Part shown: positions 39,934 through 50,800 of the stretch, one piece after another
How the letters are laid out: each line of letters opens with the position of its first letter
Numbering within the stretch: the first letter of the stretch is position 1
Assembly (NCBI GenBank): GCA_963662275.1
Contig: OY759316.1
Location: forward strand, 1,760,001 to 1,824,000
From: Candidatus Cloacimonadales bacterium
Lineage (GTDB): Bacteria; Cloacimonadota; Cloacimonadia; Cloacimonadales; DAONDQ01
Length of the DNA stretch: 64,000 bases
Reading direction: 5' to 3'
Made by a program: the position numbers and the translations under genes
Notes under the pieces: generated by a model
What the model was told of the DNA's origin: nothing
Databases searched by the model: none
What the model saw: the letters and a program-made list of their open reading frames with translations, nothing else

Positions 39934-41579
39934 CAGGCATCCCCCCGTAATTTTCTTAACAATTAGTTTAGAAGCGTTTATAGTAACAGTCAAACGTTTT
40001 GCCGACTTTGAAAATCTGTTTAACATCACTGGTTGGTCAAAACTCCTAAACAGAAACTAGTGCAATTTGTAATTTACGGTAAACAGAAGAGTTGTGTTTT
40101 CACGGTAAAAGCAAAAAGCAGGTATTTTAATAAAACTTATAAAATTATGTGAGAAAATAAGATAACTATATAGAATGTCCATAATAAAACTGTACAAAAA
40201 AAGTGTCTCCGATCTTTTGTTCAAGCACTAAACCAAACCTAAGAAGGAGACACCCATGATTAATAAGAAGCAAATCAAAACCAGAGAAACCTTGCAAGTA
40301 AAATTGTTACAATTTCTGAATAATTTTAGAGAAACGCAATCTCTACCTGTGTATAAGTTCATACAGGATATCTGCTTAGGGATACTGAAAAGTAAATCTG
40401 TAATTATGCTCCAAATAGCGAAACAGCTAAATGAACCAATCACGGTTAAAAAGCTCTGCGAACGTTTCACCCGACATTTGAATAAGAAGCCCTTAGGAGA
40501 TAAGCTGCAAGCGGAAATAATTAGGCATCAGTGCCAGGGTTTTGATGATGAGACAGGCATCATAGTTGATGAAAGTGATATCGTAAAAACCAAAGCCAAA
40601 AAGATGGAGGGATTGCAGAAGGTGCGTGATGGCAGCACCGGCAGTCATGATCAGCAGGGCTATGCATTGCTGAATATAATTGCCTATCAGGCAGGCAGTA
40701 CAGGCTATGAGATAAAACCCATCAGTTCAGACCTGATAGCCCGAAACATGGAACTGGATAGCGTCTCTCAGATCATGGAAGACCGGCTAGTGGGGATTAT
40801 TCTTGCAAGTGGTAACCGTGGAGTAACTATTTTCGACCGTGGCTTTGACAACCGAAATCTATTCAGCTTTCTGCATGAACATGGACTAAGCTATATCATC
40901 AGATCAACAGGTGAAAGAAGTCTTATCATGGATGGCTGCGAACAGAACTTCATGGCAGTGGCAAAGACAGTGAAACTCGATCATACATTCAATCTGCAAG
41001 AATCAGGACAACAGATAAAATGTGGTTTAACGCGGGTGAAGCTGCGTTTGAATCCTTACCCTGTAAAATACCCTGATACTACAGATGCCTGGCTTATTGT
41101 TGCACAGTTCAGTCCCGATGCTAGTGGCAGACAGGGATATTTCTATTTCATCTGCGACTTTCCGACACAACCTTATCTGACGGAAAATGCTATCATGGAG
41201 AAGGTTTTGCGGATGTATCGCATACGCTGGAAAATCGAAGAGGTCCATCGCCATATCAAGCAGGAATATGGTTGGGAAAAGATACAACTGAAATCATATA
41301 CCCGTCTGAAAAACATGAACCAGCTGCTTCTGCTAGCTATGTGCTACCTGTATTCTCTGAAAAAGTATGCTGGCGTATTTTTAGATGCCTTCCCAAATCT
41401 TATGAAATACTCAAATAAACAGTGGAAGCAGATATATGACTTTGTGTATTATCGTCTGTCAATGCTGATAGAGATGTGTTTTGCCACCGTGACAAGGTAC
41501 AGGCTCAATCCTTTTGCAGGAAAATGGCTGGATAATCAGCAGCTAAAAATACCTGGTTTGAAAAACGGGGGGATGTGAG
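39934..41579 (+). mobile_element. IS4-family insertion sequence
   Basis: Imperfect IRs CAGGCATCCCCCCGT / CTCACATCCCCCCGT; 13-bp TSD GTAATATTATATT at 39921-39933 and 41580-41592. Confidence 0.9.
40256..41578 (+). CDS. IS4-family DDE transposase
   Basis: DESD, DRGFD, YREK signature YRIRWKIEEVHRHIK. Confidence 0.9.
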   Translation: MINKKQIKTRETLQVKLLQFLNNFRETQSLPVYKFIQDICLGILKSKSVIMLQIAKQLNEPITVKKLCERFTRHLNKKPLGDKLQAEIIRHQCQGFDDETGIIVDESDIVKTKAKKMEGLQKVRDGSTGSHDQQGYALLNIIAYQAGSTGYEIKPISSDLIARNMELDSVSQIMEDRLVGIILASGNRGVTIFDRGFDNRNLFSFLHEHGLSYIIRSTGERSLIMDGCEQNFMAVAKTVKLDHTFNLQESGQQIKCGLTRVKLRLNPYPVKYPDTTDAWLIVAQFSPDASGRQGYFYFICDFPTQPYLTENAIMEKVLRMYRIRWKIEEVHRHIKQEYGWEKIQLKSYTRLKNMNQLLLLAMCYLYSLKKYAGVFLDAFPNLMKYSNKQWKQIYDFVYYRLSMLIEMCFATVTRYRLNPFAGKWLDNQQLKIPGLKNGGM

Positions 41580-41655
41580 GTAATATTATATTAGATTGAC
41601 AAATTTAGGAACATATAAATTAATCTGCGAATAGTTTAGTGTTTAAGGAGCATCT

Positions 41656-42783
41656 ATGTCTAAGCAGCGTTATCCTTTTATGGGGATTATGGGTCAGGAA
41701 GAACTAAGCCTGGCACTGATCCTGAACCTCGTGAATCCACAAATTGGAGGTGTACTGATTCGTGGTACGAAAGGCACTGGAAAAAGCACAGCCGTTTATG
41801 GATTGCCCCAAATCACACCTGCGATACAAGTAAATCAATCGTGTCAGTACAATTGTTCACCGGATGAGCCTGAGAATTGGTGCGCCTGGTGCAAAGAGCA
41901 GCAAACTCATACTGCGATTCAGAAAGAGATTGAAGTGGTGAATCTACCGATGAATGTATCGGAAGAGAATCTATTTGGTAAGATCGATATCGAAAAGCTT
42001 CTGAAGACAGCAGAGAAAGCTTTTGTGCCGGGTCTCATCGCTAAAGCGCATAGACAGATCCTGTATATCGATGAAGTGAACCTAATCCCTGATCATATCA
42101 CGGACAGCTTGCTGGATGTGGTCGCTTCGGGTGTGAATATTGTTGAACGGGAAGGTTTTTCAGTTATCCATCCCGCCAAGTTCCTTCTCATTGGAACAAT
42201 GAATAGCGAAGAAGGTGAACTTAGACCGCAGATTCTTGATCGTTTTCCGCTTTCTGTCACCATTCTCACGGCAAGTAATATGGAGGACAGGGAAGAGATC
42301 ATTCGGCGTAATTTTGCCTATGAAGAAAATCCGGACAGTTTTGCTGAAAGCTTCAAAAATGTGAATGAACTGATGAAAAATACAATCCTGGGAGCCAGGA
42401 AATTATTCCCTCAGACTTCAATTTCCCAGGAATTAGTGCAAAAGATACTTCAATTCTGTATCCAGTTTGCGATCGATGGACATAGGTCGGAAATCGTCAT
42501 CGTGAAGACAGCCAGGACATATGCTGCGTTGGAAATGAAACAGAAGGTCGAGATCAAGCATATTAAGATGGCAATGAAGCTGACGCTTCTCCATCGTACC
42601 CGGGAAGGCGGGCTCAAGAAAGCGGTTACTTGGGACGATATTGATAAATGGTTTGCAGAAGTGAAAGAGGAAAGTGAAACCAATCCTGCGTTCTCACTGG
42701 AGTACACACCCGAGAATATTTCCTTGTTGAAGGGAGGCTTTGTTTCCCCATCAAAAAAATCAGAGAAAGCCTCAACAATCTAA
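41656..42783 (+). CDS. ChlI/BchI-like chelatase AAA+ ATPase (zero-frame product)
   Basis: YPF..I.GQEE, IGGVLIRGTKGTGKS, ILYIDEVNL, GELRPQILDRF. Confidence 0.9.
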   Translation: MSKQRYPFMGIMGQEELSLALILNLVNPQIGGVLIRGTKGTGKSTAVYGLPQITPAIQVNQSCQYNCSPDEPENWCAWCKEQQTHTAIQKEIEVVNLPMNVSEENLFGKIDIEKLLKTAEKAFVPGLIAKAHRQILYIDEVNLIPDHITDSLLDVVASGVNIVEREGFSVIHPAKFLLIGTMNSEEGELRPQILDRFPLSVTILTASNMEDREEIIRRNFAYEENPDSFAESFKNVNELMKNTILGARKLFPQTSISQELVQKILQFCIQFAIDGHRSEIVIVKTARTYAALEMKQKVEIKHIKMAMKLTLLHRTREGGLKKAVTWDDIDKWFAEVKEESETNPAFSLEYTPENISLLKGGFVSPSKKSEKASTI

Positions 42784-44090
42784 GATTATTCTTAGGTGAC
42801 GAGGCAAGCGAAGGTTATGTCGAAAGGCGAAATCTGTTCATTATTATTCTGAAGCAGGTCCAGGAAAAAGAACTGACTGAAGTTGAGAAAAGACTTCTCA
42901 AGGAGTTCGATGCAATATGGCAGAACTATGAGAACGATCCTGTGACTATCATGACCTTGACCAGCATATATGCTCTCCTTTCTCATCCTGATTTAAAGAA
43001 TATAAGATTCGATCAAGATTTATTTAGTGAGGCTCTATCTCCTTTCAATCAAATATTCATGGAGCCAAAAAGCCTGAGTGAAGTTGTCAGTTTCATAAAG
43101 AAATTAGTGAAGAACAGGCACATTGAAGAAAACATGAAAACGATTACTAAAGGAGTTTCGAAGCACAGGAAGGATGAAAATTCTACGTTTAATGTGGATT
43201 TGAAAGATAATGAGTTGAAAAAGGTCGCCTTCAAAAGAAAGAAGATCACTTCTCTCAAAAACAGGGATACCGATTGTGCGACCGGATTGCCAATCATTAC
43301 CTGGACATCCATTAAAGCTGCTAATGAGAAACCGCATATCTACCAGACAGTCAAAGCAGCCGCGCTGGATGGGTCTTTTGTTTGTAATCCGTATCATATT
43401 CAAATCAGTAATCGGCACTTCCGTTATCCGGTCTTCCAACAGAAACAGAACTTCAATATGATGCTGGTACTGGATATCAGCAATTCTGTAAAATGGGTTC
43501 TGAAGTTCATGGCGAAGATCATCTCCATGCTGACGTCTGATGCAAGAGCTGCCGAAGATAAACTTGGGTTGATCATCTTCAATGATGACCGAGCGCAGGT
43601 CATGCATTATCCCACTACCAATATCAGGCATGTGATCGGTACTATCAACACCCTGGCTCCCAGTGGTAAAACACCTTTAGCTGATGGTCTGAAACTAGCC
43701 ATGCAGACCCTGGAGCATAGCCGGTTCCAGGTTACAGGGATGTCCAATGCCATTGTGCTGCTTTCCGATTGCTTTCCGGAACCTATAACCAATGAACATG
43801 AAGACCCCATGGATGAACCTGTATGCCAACAGATTCTGCATGTTTGCGATAAAATAAGAGACAACAAGTTTAAATTACTCGTTCTTAATCCGAGTTTGAG
43901 TGATCTTCCGCATTATGATCAGCAACTGGGTTTCAAATTAGGGAAAAAGGCTGCTGAACGTGCAGATGGTAACTTCCTTAACCTGGTAGGACATCCAAGC
44001 GGATCTTTTTTTGCCAAGGATGATGACTTTGTCTTACCGGATCAGATGCTGAAAGAGTTGATGAAGGAAGTGGGGGAGTTCAGGAATTAA
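42759..44090 (+). CDS. VWA-domain module (ChlD-like C-terminus), probably reached by -1 frameshift from the ATPase
   Basis: MIDAS LDISNS, GKTPLADGL, LLSD; frame open from 42678 with no ATG/GTG/TTG before 42942. Confidence 0.75.
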   Translation: MRESLNNLRLFLGDEASEGYVERRNLFIIILKQVQEKELTEVEKRLLKEFDAIWQNYENDPVTIMTLTSIYALLSHPDLKNIRFDQDLFSEALSPFNQIFMEPKSLSEVVSFIKKLVKNRHIEENMKTITKGVSKHRKDENSTFNVDLKDNELKKVAFKRKKITSLKNRDTDCATGLPIITWTSIKAANEKPHIYQTVKAAALDGSFVCNPYHIQISNRHFRYPVFQQKQNFNMMLVLDISNSVKWVLKFMAKIISMLTSDARAAEDKLGLIIFNDDRAQVMHYPTTNIRHVIGTINTLAPSGKTPLADGLKLAMQTLEHSRFQVTGMSNAIVLLSDCFPEPITNEHEDPMDEPVCQQILHVCDKIRDNKFKLLVLNPSLSDLPHYDQQLGFKLGKKAAERADGNFLNLVGHPSGSFFAKDDDFVLPDQMLKELMKEVGEFRN

Positions 44091-44468
44091 AAATTAAAAG
44101 TTAAAAATTAAAAATTGCAGAGAAGACCGGACATCGAATTCCGGTCATTGAGCGAAGTCGAAATGTCAGTTGTTGTTGCATTCTAATCAAAAAAAACCAA
44201 AATACTTTATAGGTTGATTAGCACCTGGACAGTATATTATTCGAGTGCTATTCAAGAGCTGATAACGAGTGAAATAAGTCTACAATATATCCGTTTATAG
44301 ATAGTAGTACATTTAATTATGATGTTTATCAATAATTAATAGATGTGGCTTTTGATATTACTAACAAATAATCTTGACTGAATATTATTCAATCTTCTTA
44401 TTGCCTGTTACTTCACATTTGAAAATGAAATTACGCATCCAGTAGGCAGAAAAAGGAGAATAGGGTCA

Positions 44469-47396
44469 ATGAAAAGGACTATCGTTTTATTTTCAGTTCT
44501 TATAGCAATCTGCAGTTTGTTCGCAGGATCACTAAATGAAGGCTTTGGCTCTGTAGTTCCACCGCCTGCATGGCAAGTGATTAACGGTGGTGACTCTAAT
44601 ACCTGGATCAAGTATTCCGGTGTTCTGGCGAGAACAGGTGGCACATGTGCCTATATCTATTATTCTGAAACAGCTCATGATGATTGGTTAATAACTCCCC
44701 AGCTCTTACCATCGATTGGTGATGCAACCTTTAGCTTCTGGGCTTTTAACGGACCGGGTTACACGGATCGTTTTAACGTGAAGCTTTCTACTGCGTCAAA
44801 TAATGTAGCTGACTTCACGGTTTCACTGGCAACGAATGTCGGACCACCCAATACATGGACACTATACACATATGATCTTTCTGCCTATGTTTGGCAAACG
44901 GTGTTTATTGCTTTCCAGGCAATCTCGACGAATCAGAGTTTTTTAATGATAGATGACGTTTCCGGGCCTCTCATGCCTTTTGTCGATGGCTTTGAGACCA
45001 ATAATTTCAATTACTTCCAATGGAACAATAGTTCTGCCAGCCCTTGGACTGTTCAAAACGTAGAGCATTACTATGGCAGCTATTCAGCCAAATCCGGTAC
45101 TATAGATGCCGATTCCAGCACAAGCCTGATCCTGTCTCAAGTGATCAGTGCCCCCGGGAATATATACTTCTCAGCTAAGGTCAGCTCTCTATCAGGCTCT
45201 GATTTCCTGAAATTCTATGTTGATGATGTGCTGAAAGGTTCCTGGTCCGGGGAAACTGGCTGGTTTGAACAAGGTTACCTTGTTACAGCCGGCTCACACG
45301 TATTCAGGTGGACTTATAGTAAGAATGTTGCAGGTGTTGTCGGCAGTGATTGTGCATTGTTGGATAATATAGTACTGCCGCCAATCAGTTATGCAACAGA
45401 AGCAAATCCCGTTCAAATCACTACCCCCGCTCAACTGAACAACATACGCAATTACCTGGGTAGTCAGCATGCAAACAAGTTTTTTAAACTGATGAATAAT
45501 ATAGATTTAACAACTTATCTTGCCAGCGGTGGTGAAGGCTATACTACCTGGGGAACAGCCGGATGGTTACCGATAGGAACAAATGCAGCTCGTTTTTACG
45601 GTCATTTCAATGGAAATAGTAAATCTATTTCGGGGCTAAAGATTGACCGTCCTGCAAATACAGATATCGGCTTTTTTGGAAATGTGGCTGTAGGTGCTGT
45701 TATAGAAAATACAAGAGTGGCAACTGCTGCCGGAAGCTATGTAAAAGGCTGGCAGACAACCGGAATGCTGGTTGGCTATAATGACGGAACTATTACCAAT
45801 TGCTCTGCTGTAGGTAGTGTTTATGGACAGTCAGATGGGTGTGGCGTCTTAGTCGGTGCTGTAGGTGGTTCCGGCACAATCAACCGCTGCTTTTCCAAAG
45901 GGACTGCGATCGGTGCTGCCTATAGAGTTGGCGGTTTGGCTGGACAGAACTATGGAACGATCAGTAACTGCTATTCCAGAGCCACCGTTACTGGTCAACA
46001 TTACCTCGGCGGACTGGTGGGATACCAGGGTTCAGGTACCATAAATAATTCTTTTGCAACTGGTCTGATAACCGGAGGCAGCAATGGCGGATTGCTGGGT
46101 AATCTGATCGGAGGTACTATCGTCAATTCATACTGGGATGTCCAGACCACGGGACTTTCCTATTCTCAAGGTTCAGCCTCCTCTTATGGTAAGACCACTG
46201 CTCAAATGAAGATGCAATCCACATACCCCGGCTGGGACTTTTATGGAGAAACTGCGAATGGAACCAATGATTACTGGGGTATCTTCCCAACGGATTTTGA
46301 GGGTTATCCCTGTTTGATCTGGGACTGTCCCAATTATACTATGGCACCTCTTCAAAACTACCCTAACGATGGAAGTTTGATAAGAAAAACCCTAGCTTAC
46401 GTGGGTTGGGATGCCAATACCTTGGGTCAGGTCCCTTTTAGTTATATGATTTATATGATTCCCACTAATCCGGCACATTTGACAGAGACTGGTTATCCTC
46501 GTCAAATAACCTACTCCGCCCCTCATGGTTACTACGGCAACCCCTACAATCTTAATGAACATCCTGAGAATATTGTAAACTATGGTGAAACATGGTATTG
46601 GAAGGTGGTTGCCTACGATGCTTCCGGTGTAGCGTATTCCTCTCCGATACGCAGCTTCACTATAGAAAATGATCCCTTTGGAACAGAGAGCTTTGAATAT
46701 AGCTACTCTGACGGCTCCACAACCATACCCAACTGGGAACAGGGCTGGTGGGACGGACCTCTTGAATCAGCAACGTTATGGAAAGCCAATTCTACCCACA
46801 CTGACTTTAACCGTGCTCCCCGTACCGGTGCATTCAATTTAACCCTTTTTAATGCCGGTTTTCCCCTTGTCAGTACTGTTCTTGCCCGTATTTACCCCCT
46901 GGTAGCAGGCAGGACGTATGAGATTGAAGTCTATGCACGGCAGGACACTCCAAATCCTGCGGATGCCGGCATCAGATTCTACACTTTAAATTCACCAATG
47001 ACAGAGCTTAGTCCAATGTACGGTCTAACAAATGGTAGTTACCAGCGTTTTACCTGCACTTTTACTGCCGCGCAAACACACGAGAATGTTCTATATTATG
47101 TAGTGGAAATGAACGACAATGCAAACTATGTTAGTATCGATGATATCACTGTTCGGGAAGTGCTGACACTGGAGACACCGCAGCTTACGATCTCTAAATC
47201 AGGCACGGATGTAACGCTAACTTGGGATGATATTACCTATGCCTCTGAATATCGCGTCTATACTTCAGATAATCCAGCCACCTGGACTTCCTTCATAACA
47301 GTCGCATCACCCACGCATACCTATACTTTCGATTCTGTAGGTGTAGGAAAGAAGTTCTACAGGGTGGTTGCTTCAACAATTGTAAGAAGAGATTGA
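44469..47396 (+). CDS. Large secreted surface protein (cleaved-adhesin/choice-of-anchor-J-like, GLUG repeats, FN3-like)
   Basis: Signal peptide; DDWLITPQL..IDDV; GGLVG repeats; YWKVVA strand. Confidence 0.8.
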   Translation: MKRTIVLFSVLIAICSLFAGSLNEGFGSVVPPPAWQVINGGDSNTWIKYSGVLARTGGTCAYIYYSETAHDDWLITPQLLPSIGDATFSFWAFNGPGYTDRFNVKLSTASNNVADFTVSLATNVGPPNTWTLYTYDLSAYVWQTVFIAFQAISTNQSFLMIDDVSGPLMPFVDGFETNNFNYFQWNNSSASPWTVQNVEHYYGSYSAKSGTIDADSSTSLILSQVISAPGNIYFSAKVSSLSGSDFLKFYVDDVLKGSWSGETGWFEQGYLVTAGSHVFRWTYSKNVAGVVGSDCALLDNIVLPPISYATEANPVQITTPAQLNNIRNYLGSQHANKFFKLMNNIDLTTYLASGGEGYTTWGTAGWLPIGTNAARFYGHFNGNSKSISGLKIDRPANTDIGFFGNVAVGAVIENTRVATAAGSYVKGWQTTGMLVGYNDGTITNCSAVGSVYGQSDGCGVLVGAVGGSGTINRCFSKGTAIGAAYRVGGLAGQNYGTISNCYSRATVTGQHYLGGLVGYQGSGTINNSFATGLITGGSNGGLLGNLIGGTIVNSYWDVQTTGLSYSQGSASSYGKTTAQMKMQSTYPGWDFYGETANGTNDYWGIFPTDFEGYPCLIWDCPNYTMAPLQNYPNDGSLIRKTLAYVGWDANTLGQVPFSYMIYMIPTNPAHLTETGYPRQITYSAPHGYYGNPYNLNEHPENIVNYGETWYWKVVAYDASGVAYSSPIRSFTIENDPFGTESFEYSYSDGSTTIPNWEQGWWDGPLESATLWKANSTHTDFNRAPRTGAFNLTLFNAGFPLVSTVLARIYPLVAGRTYEIEVYARQDTPNPADAGIRFYTLNSPMTELSPMYGLTNGSYQRFTCTFTAAQTHENVLYYVVEMNDNANYVSIDDITVREVLTLETPQLTISKSGTDVTLTWDDITYASEYRVYTSDNPATWTSFITVASPTHTYTFDSVGVGKKFYRVVASTIVRRD

Positions 47397-47507
47397 ACAA
47401 GGATAATGGAAGAACCAGTAACTAGCAAACCAAACAATCCTTTTACCACCATATTGCAGAACAAGTAAGGATAGAATGATATCATAAACTGATACACAAG
47501 GATTTTC

Positions 47508-47535
47508 GTAGAGACGCTCAACCTGAGCGTCTCTA
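47508..47535 (+). repeat. GTAG REP-like palindrome (family D)
   Basis: GTAGAGACGCTCA-ACC-TGAGCGTCTCTA. Confidence 0.7.
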
Positions 47536-47549
47536 TTTTTATATGGTAT

Positions 47550-47663
47550 TGTCTTCAGCTTGCTCTTATACGGTAACCTGAAGGATACCACTACCGGTGG
47601 ACGCTGTCTTCAGCTTGCTCTTATACGGTAACCTGAAGGATACCACTACCGGTGGACGCTGTC
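47550..47663 (-). repeat. Two copies of the 55-bp REP-doublet unit in inverted orientation
   Basis: GGTAACCTGAAGGATACCACTACCGG is the reverse complement of the array unit; 55-bp period. Confidence 0.9.
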
Positions 47664-47859
47664 GGTAAGAGCGGTGTTCTACTCTACTAAGCAAGTTAAA
47701 AATACATAATAGACAAAAGTCAATTATTGAGATTATTCAATTCAATACAATTTAACTTGACCTATATTTGATACTTCACACTAATTGCTGTTAATTTAGC
47801 AATTCATGAAATTTAATACAATATGATAAATATGTAGGCAGAAAAGGAGAATTGGTTCT

Positions 47860-50800
47860 ATGAAGAAGACTATCTTTTTACTTGTACTTCTAATGGCAAT
47901 GGGCGTTTTATTCGCTACAACCCTCAATGAGAGTTTTGAATCTCCAACTTTCCCACCTCCCGGTTGGGGAATCGTTAATGGTGGAGATGGTAGAACATGG
48001 CAAAGGACATATATGGAAAACACCGGCCATACAGGATATGGGTGTGCGACCATTGAAACAAGCAATATTTATGTGCATGATGACTGGTTAATAACTCCGC
48101 AGCTTACACCAATGTCAGGTTCTTCTACTTTCAGTTTCTGGGCAAGAACTCTCTTCATTAATAGTTATTACCCTGCCGAGCAATTCAATGTGAAATTATC
48201 CATTTCAACGAACGACATTTCTGCCATGACTTATGTCCTTGCCTCAAACGTGACTACCAGTACGTCATATGCGCAATACTCCTATGATCTATCTCCTTAT
48301 ATCGGGCAAAATGTACATGTGGCAATTCAAGCTTTATATGCAGACAGGTCAACTCTAATGGTGGATGACATAATAGGTCCTCAGATGATGGGTTTCGAGG
48401 GATTTGAAACAGGTAATTTCAACTCTTTTGCGTGGAATAATGCTTCAGCAAGCCCATGGACATTGCAGAATATTAACAGGTATTCGGGCATATATGCAGC
48501 GAAATCAGGTGTTATCAGTGATGGCGCGAGTACAAGTCTCAGTATTACACAGTATATCAGTGAAATAGGACATATCTACTTTTTACAGATGGTCAGTTCG
48601 GAAAGCGGTTCTGATTTCCTGAAGTTTTATATTGATGATGTGGAACAAGGTTCCTGGTCAGGAGAAGGACTTTGGCAGGCACAAAGCTATCTTGTCTATA
48701 TGGGAACACATACTTTCAGATGGACATATTCCAAGAATGGTTCAGGTTCAAGCGGAAGTGATTGTGCCTGGATCGATCATATCGTTTTTCCTCCATCTCT
48801 TGTCGGGACTGCTGCGGATCCGTATCAAATTACGACTGCAGCAGAATTGAACAACATCCGCAATTACCTTGGCAGTTCCTTTTCAAATAAACGTTTTAAA
48901 TTAATGAATGATATTGATCTCACTGCTTATCTTGCTCCCGGCGGTGCAGGCTATTCTGCCTGGGGAACAAACGGATGGCTGTCGATTGGTAATGGATCCA
49001 GTCTTTTCTACGGGAGCTTTGACGGGAATAATCATACTATCTCCAACCTTAGTACTCATTATTATGGTACATGTCATGGTCTATTCGGTGCTAACGCTGT
49101 TGGAAGTACGATTCAAAATCTTACGATGAGCAATACATGCTATATTCTCGGTGATGGTGAAACAGGTTCCATTATAGGGCGTAACAACGGAGTTGTCCTA
49201 AACTGCAGATCGGCTGCAACGATCAATATTGGCAATGCTGATAAGGGCGGTGGGATCGTTGGTAACAATTATGGTGTGATTGGCAACTGCGGTTTTTCTG
49301 GAACCATAACCAGGTCAGGAAGCGGAGTTTCATGCAATAAGATCGGCGGCATTGCCGGTAACAGTGAAACTGGCGCAATTATTAATAACAGCTATTCTAC
49401 CGGAAGCATCTCAGGTAATACCTACACTGCCGGTTTGGTTGGTTGGAATAACGGAACAATCAATAACTGCTATACGACAGGTACCGTAACGGGTGCTGCC
49501 AACGCTGATGGGGGACTGGTGGGTCAAAACCAGGGTGTCATCAATAATTCATATTCAAGGGCAACAGTCTCCGGTGCCAGCTATGTTGGCGGCTTGGTCG
49601 GATATAATTCTGGCAGTACGATCACAAATTGCTTTTCAACAGGTGCCGTTACCGGTAGTATCAAGGGTGGACTTTGCGGACAAACCGGAGCCACGATCAA
49701 TAGTTCTTACTGGGATACACAGACCAGCGGTTTGGCTACATCCTATGGGGGGACGGGCAAGACGACAGCAGAGATGAAAACTCAATCCAATTTTTCAGGC
49801 TGGGATTTTGCAGGGGAAACAGCCAATGGAACGAATGATTACTGGTATATGACATCCACAGATAATGCAGGCTATCCCTTCTTGTGCTGGGAAAAGGCAA
49901 GCGAAGTCAGAGCTCCACTTCTTGTATATCCAGGCGATGCTGCTTCAGGTATATCACAGAATGGATTTAATTTCTCCTGGACACCTTTCCCGGGAGGACA
50001 GACTCCTGACCACTACAATCTTTACTTCATAAAAGGAAATCCTTCTCATATCTTTGAGGCTGGTTACACTGACCAGCATTCCTATCTCAATTTACACGCA
50101 ATCAGCTACAATCCTGTAAGCAGTGGAGTCATTAGCCTTCATTATGGAGAGGTTTGGTATTGGACTGTGATTGCCTATACGTCAAATGGGGAAGCATTTC
50201 CGACACCGACGACACGTTCATTTACCATCGAAAACGAAGTTGTTTTCACCGATGGTTTTGAAACGGGTAATACCCAGGGAAGCACCACGATAAGCAACTG
50301 GACTCAAGCATTGGGTTCAGGTACAAACTACTGGACGGTTAATTCCACAAACACAGATTTTAATAGAACCCCTAAAACAGGTTCATTTAATGTGACATTG
50401 TTCTTCCCCGGAAATGCCTGGATGTTTCGATCCGTTGTCTTGAAAGGAGGAGTGCCTTATCGTGTTGAACTATATGCCAGGCAGGATGGAACGGTTTCGT
50501 CCAATGCCAGTGTCGGAATCTCATACGGAACGGCAGCCACGATAGCTGGAATGACAAATGTGTTAGTGACCCAGACCGGGTTGGTGAATGGAAGTTATCA
50601 GCTTATCACGGCAACATTCGTACCACAATCAAACGGAACTTATTATATTGGTATCAATGGTATCATTGCTACTCCTTCCAACTATATCAGCATGGATGAT
50701 ATCACCCTGAAGCATACACCTCTGATCGCTCCTGTTGCAGTGACTCAGAACTTACCTGCTGATATGGCTATAAACCAGATCCTGCTTCCTACTATAAACT

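Noticed and set aside
42942..44090. Independent start of the VWA gene at GTG 42942
   Set aside because: No clear RBS, and the frame stays open a further 88 codons upstream across the slippery site; not fully excluded
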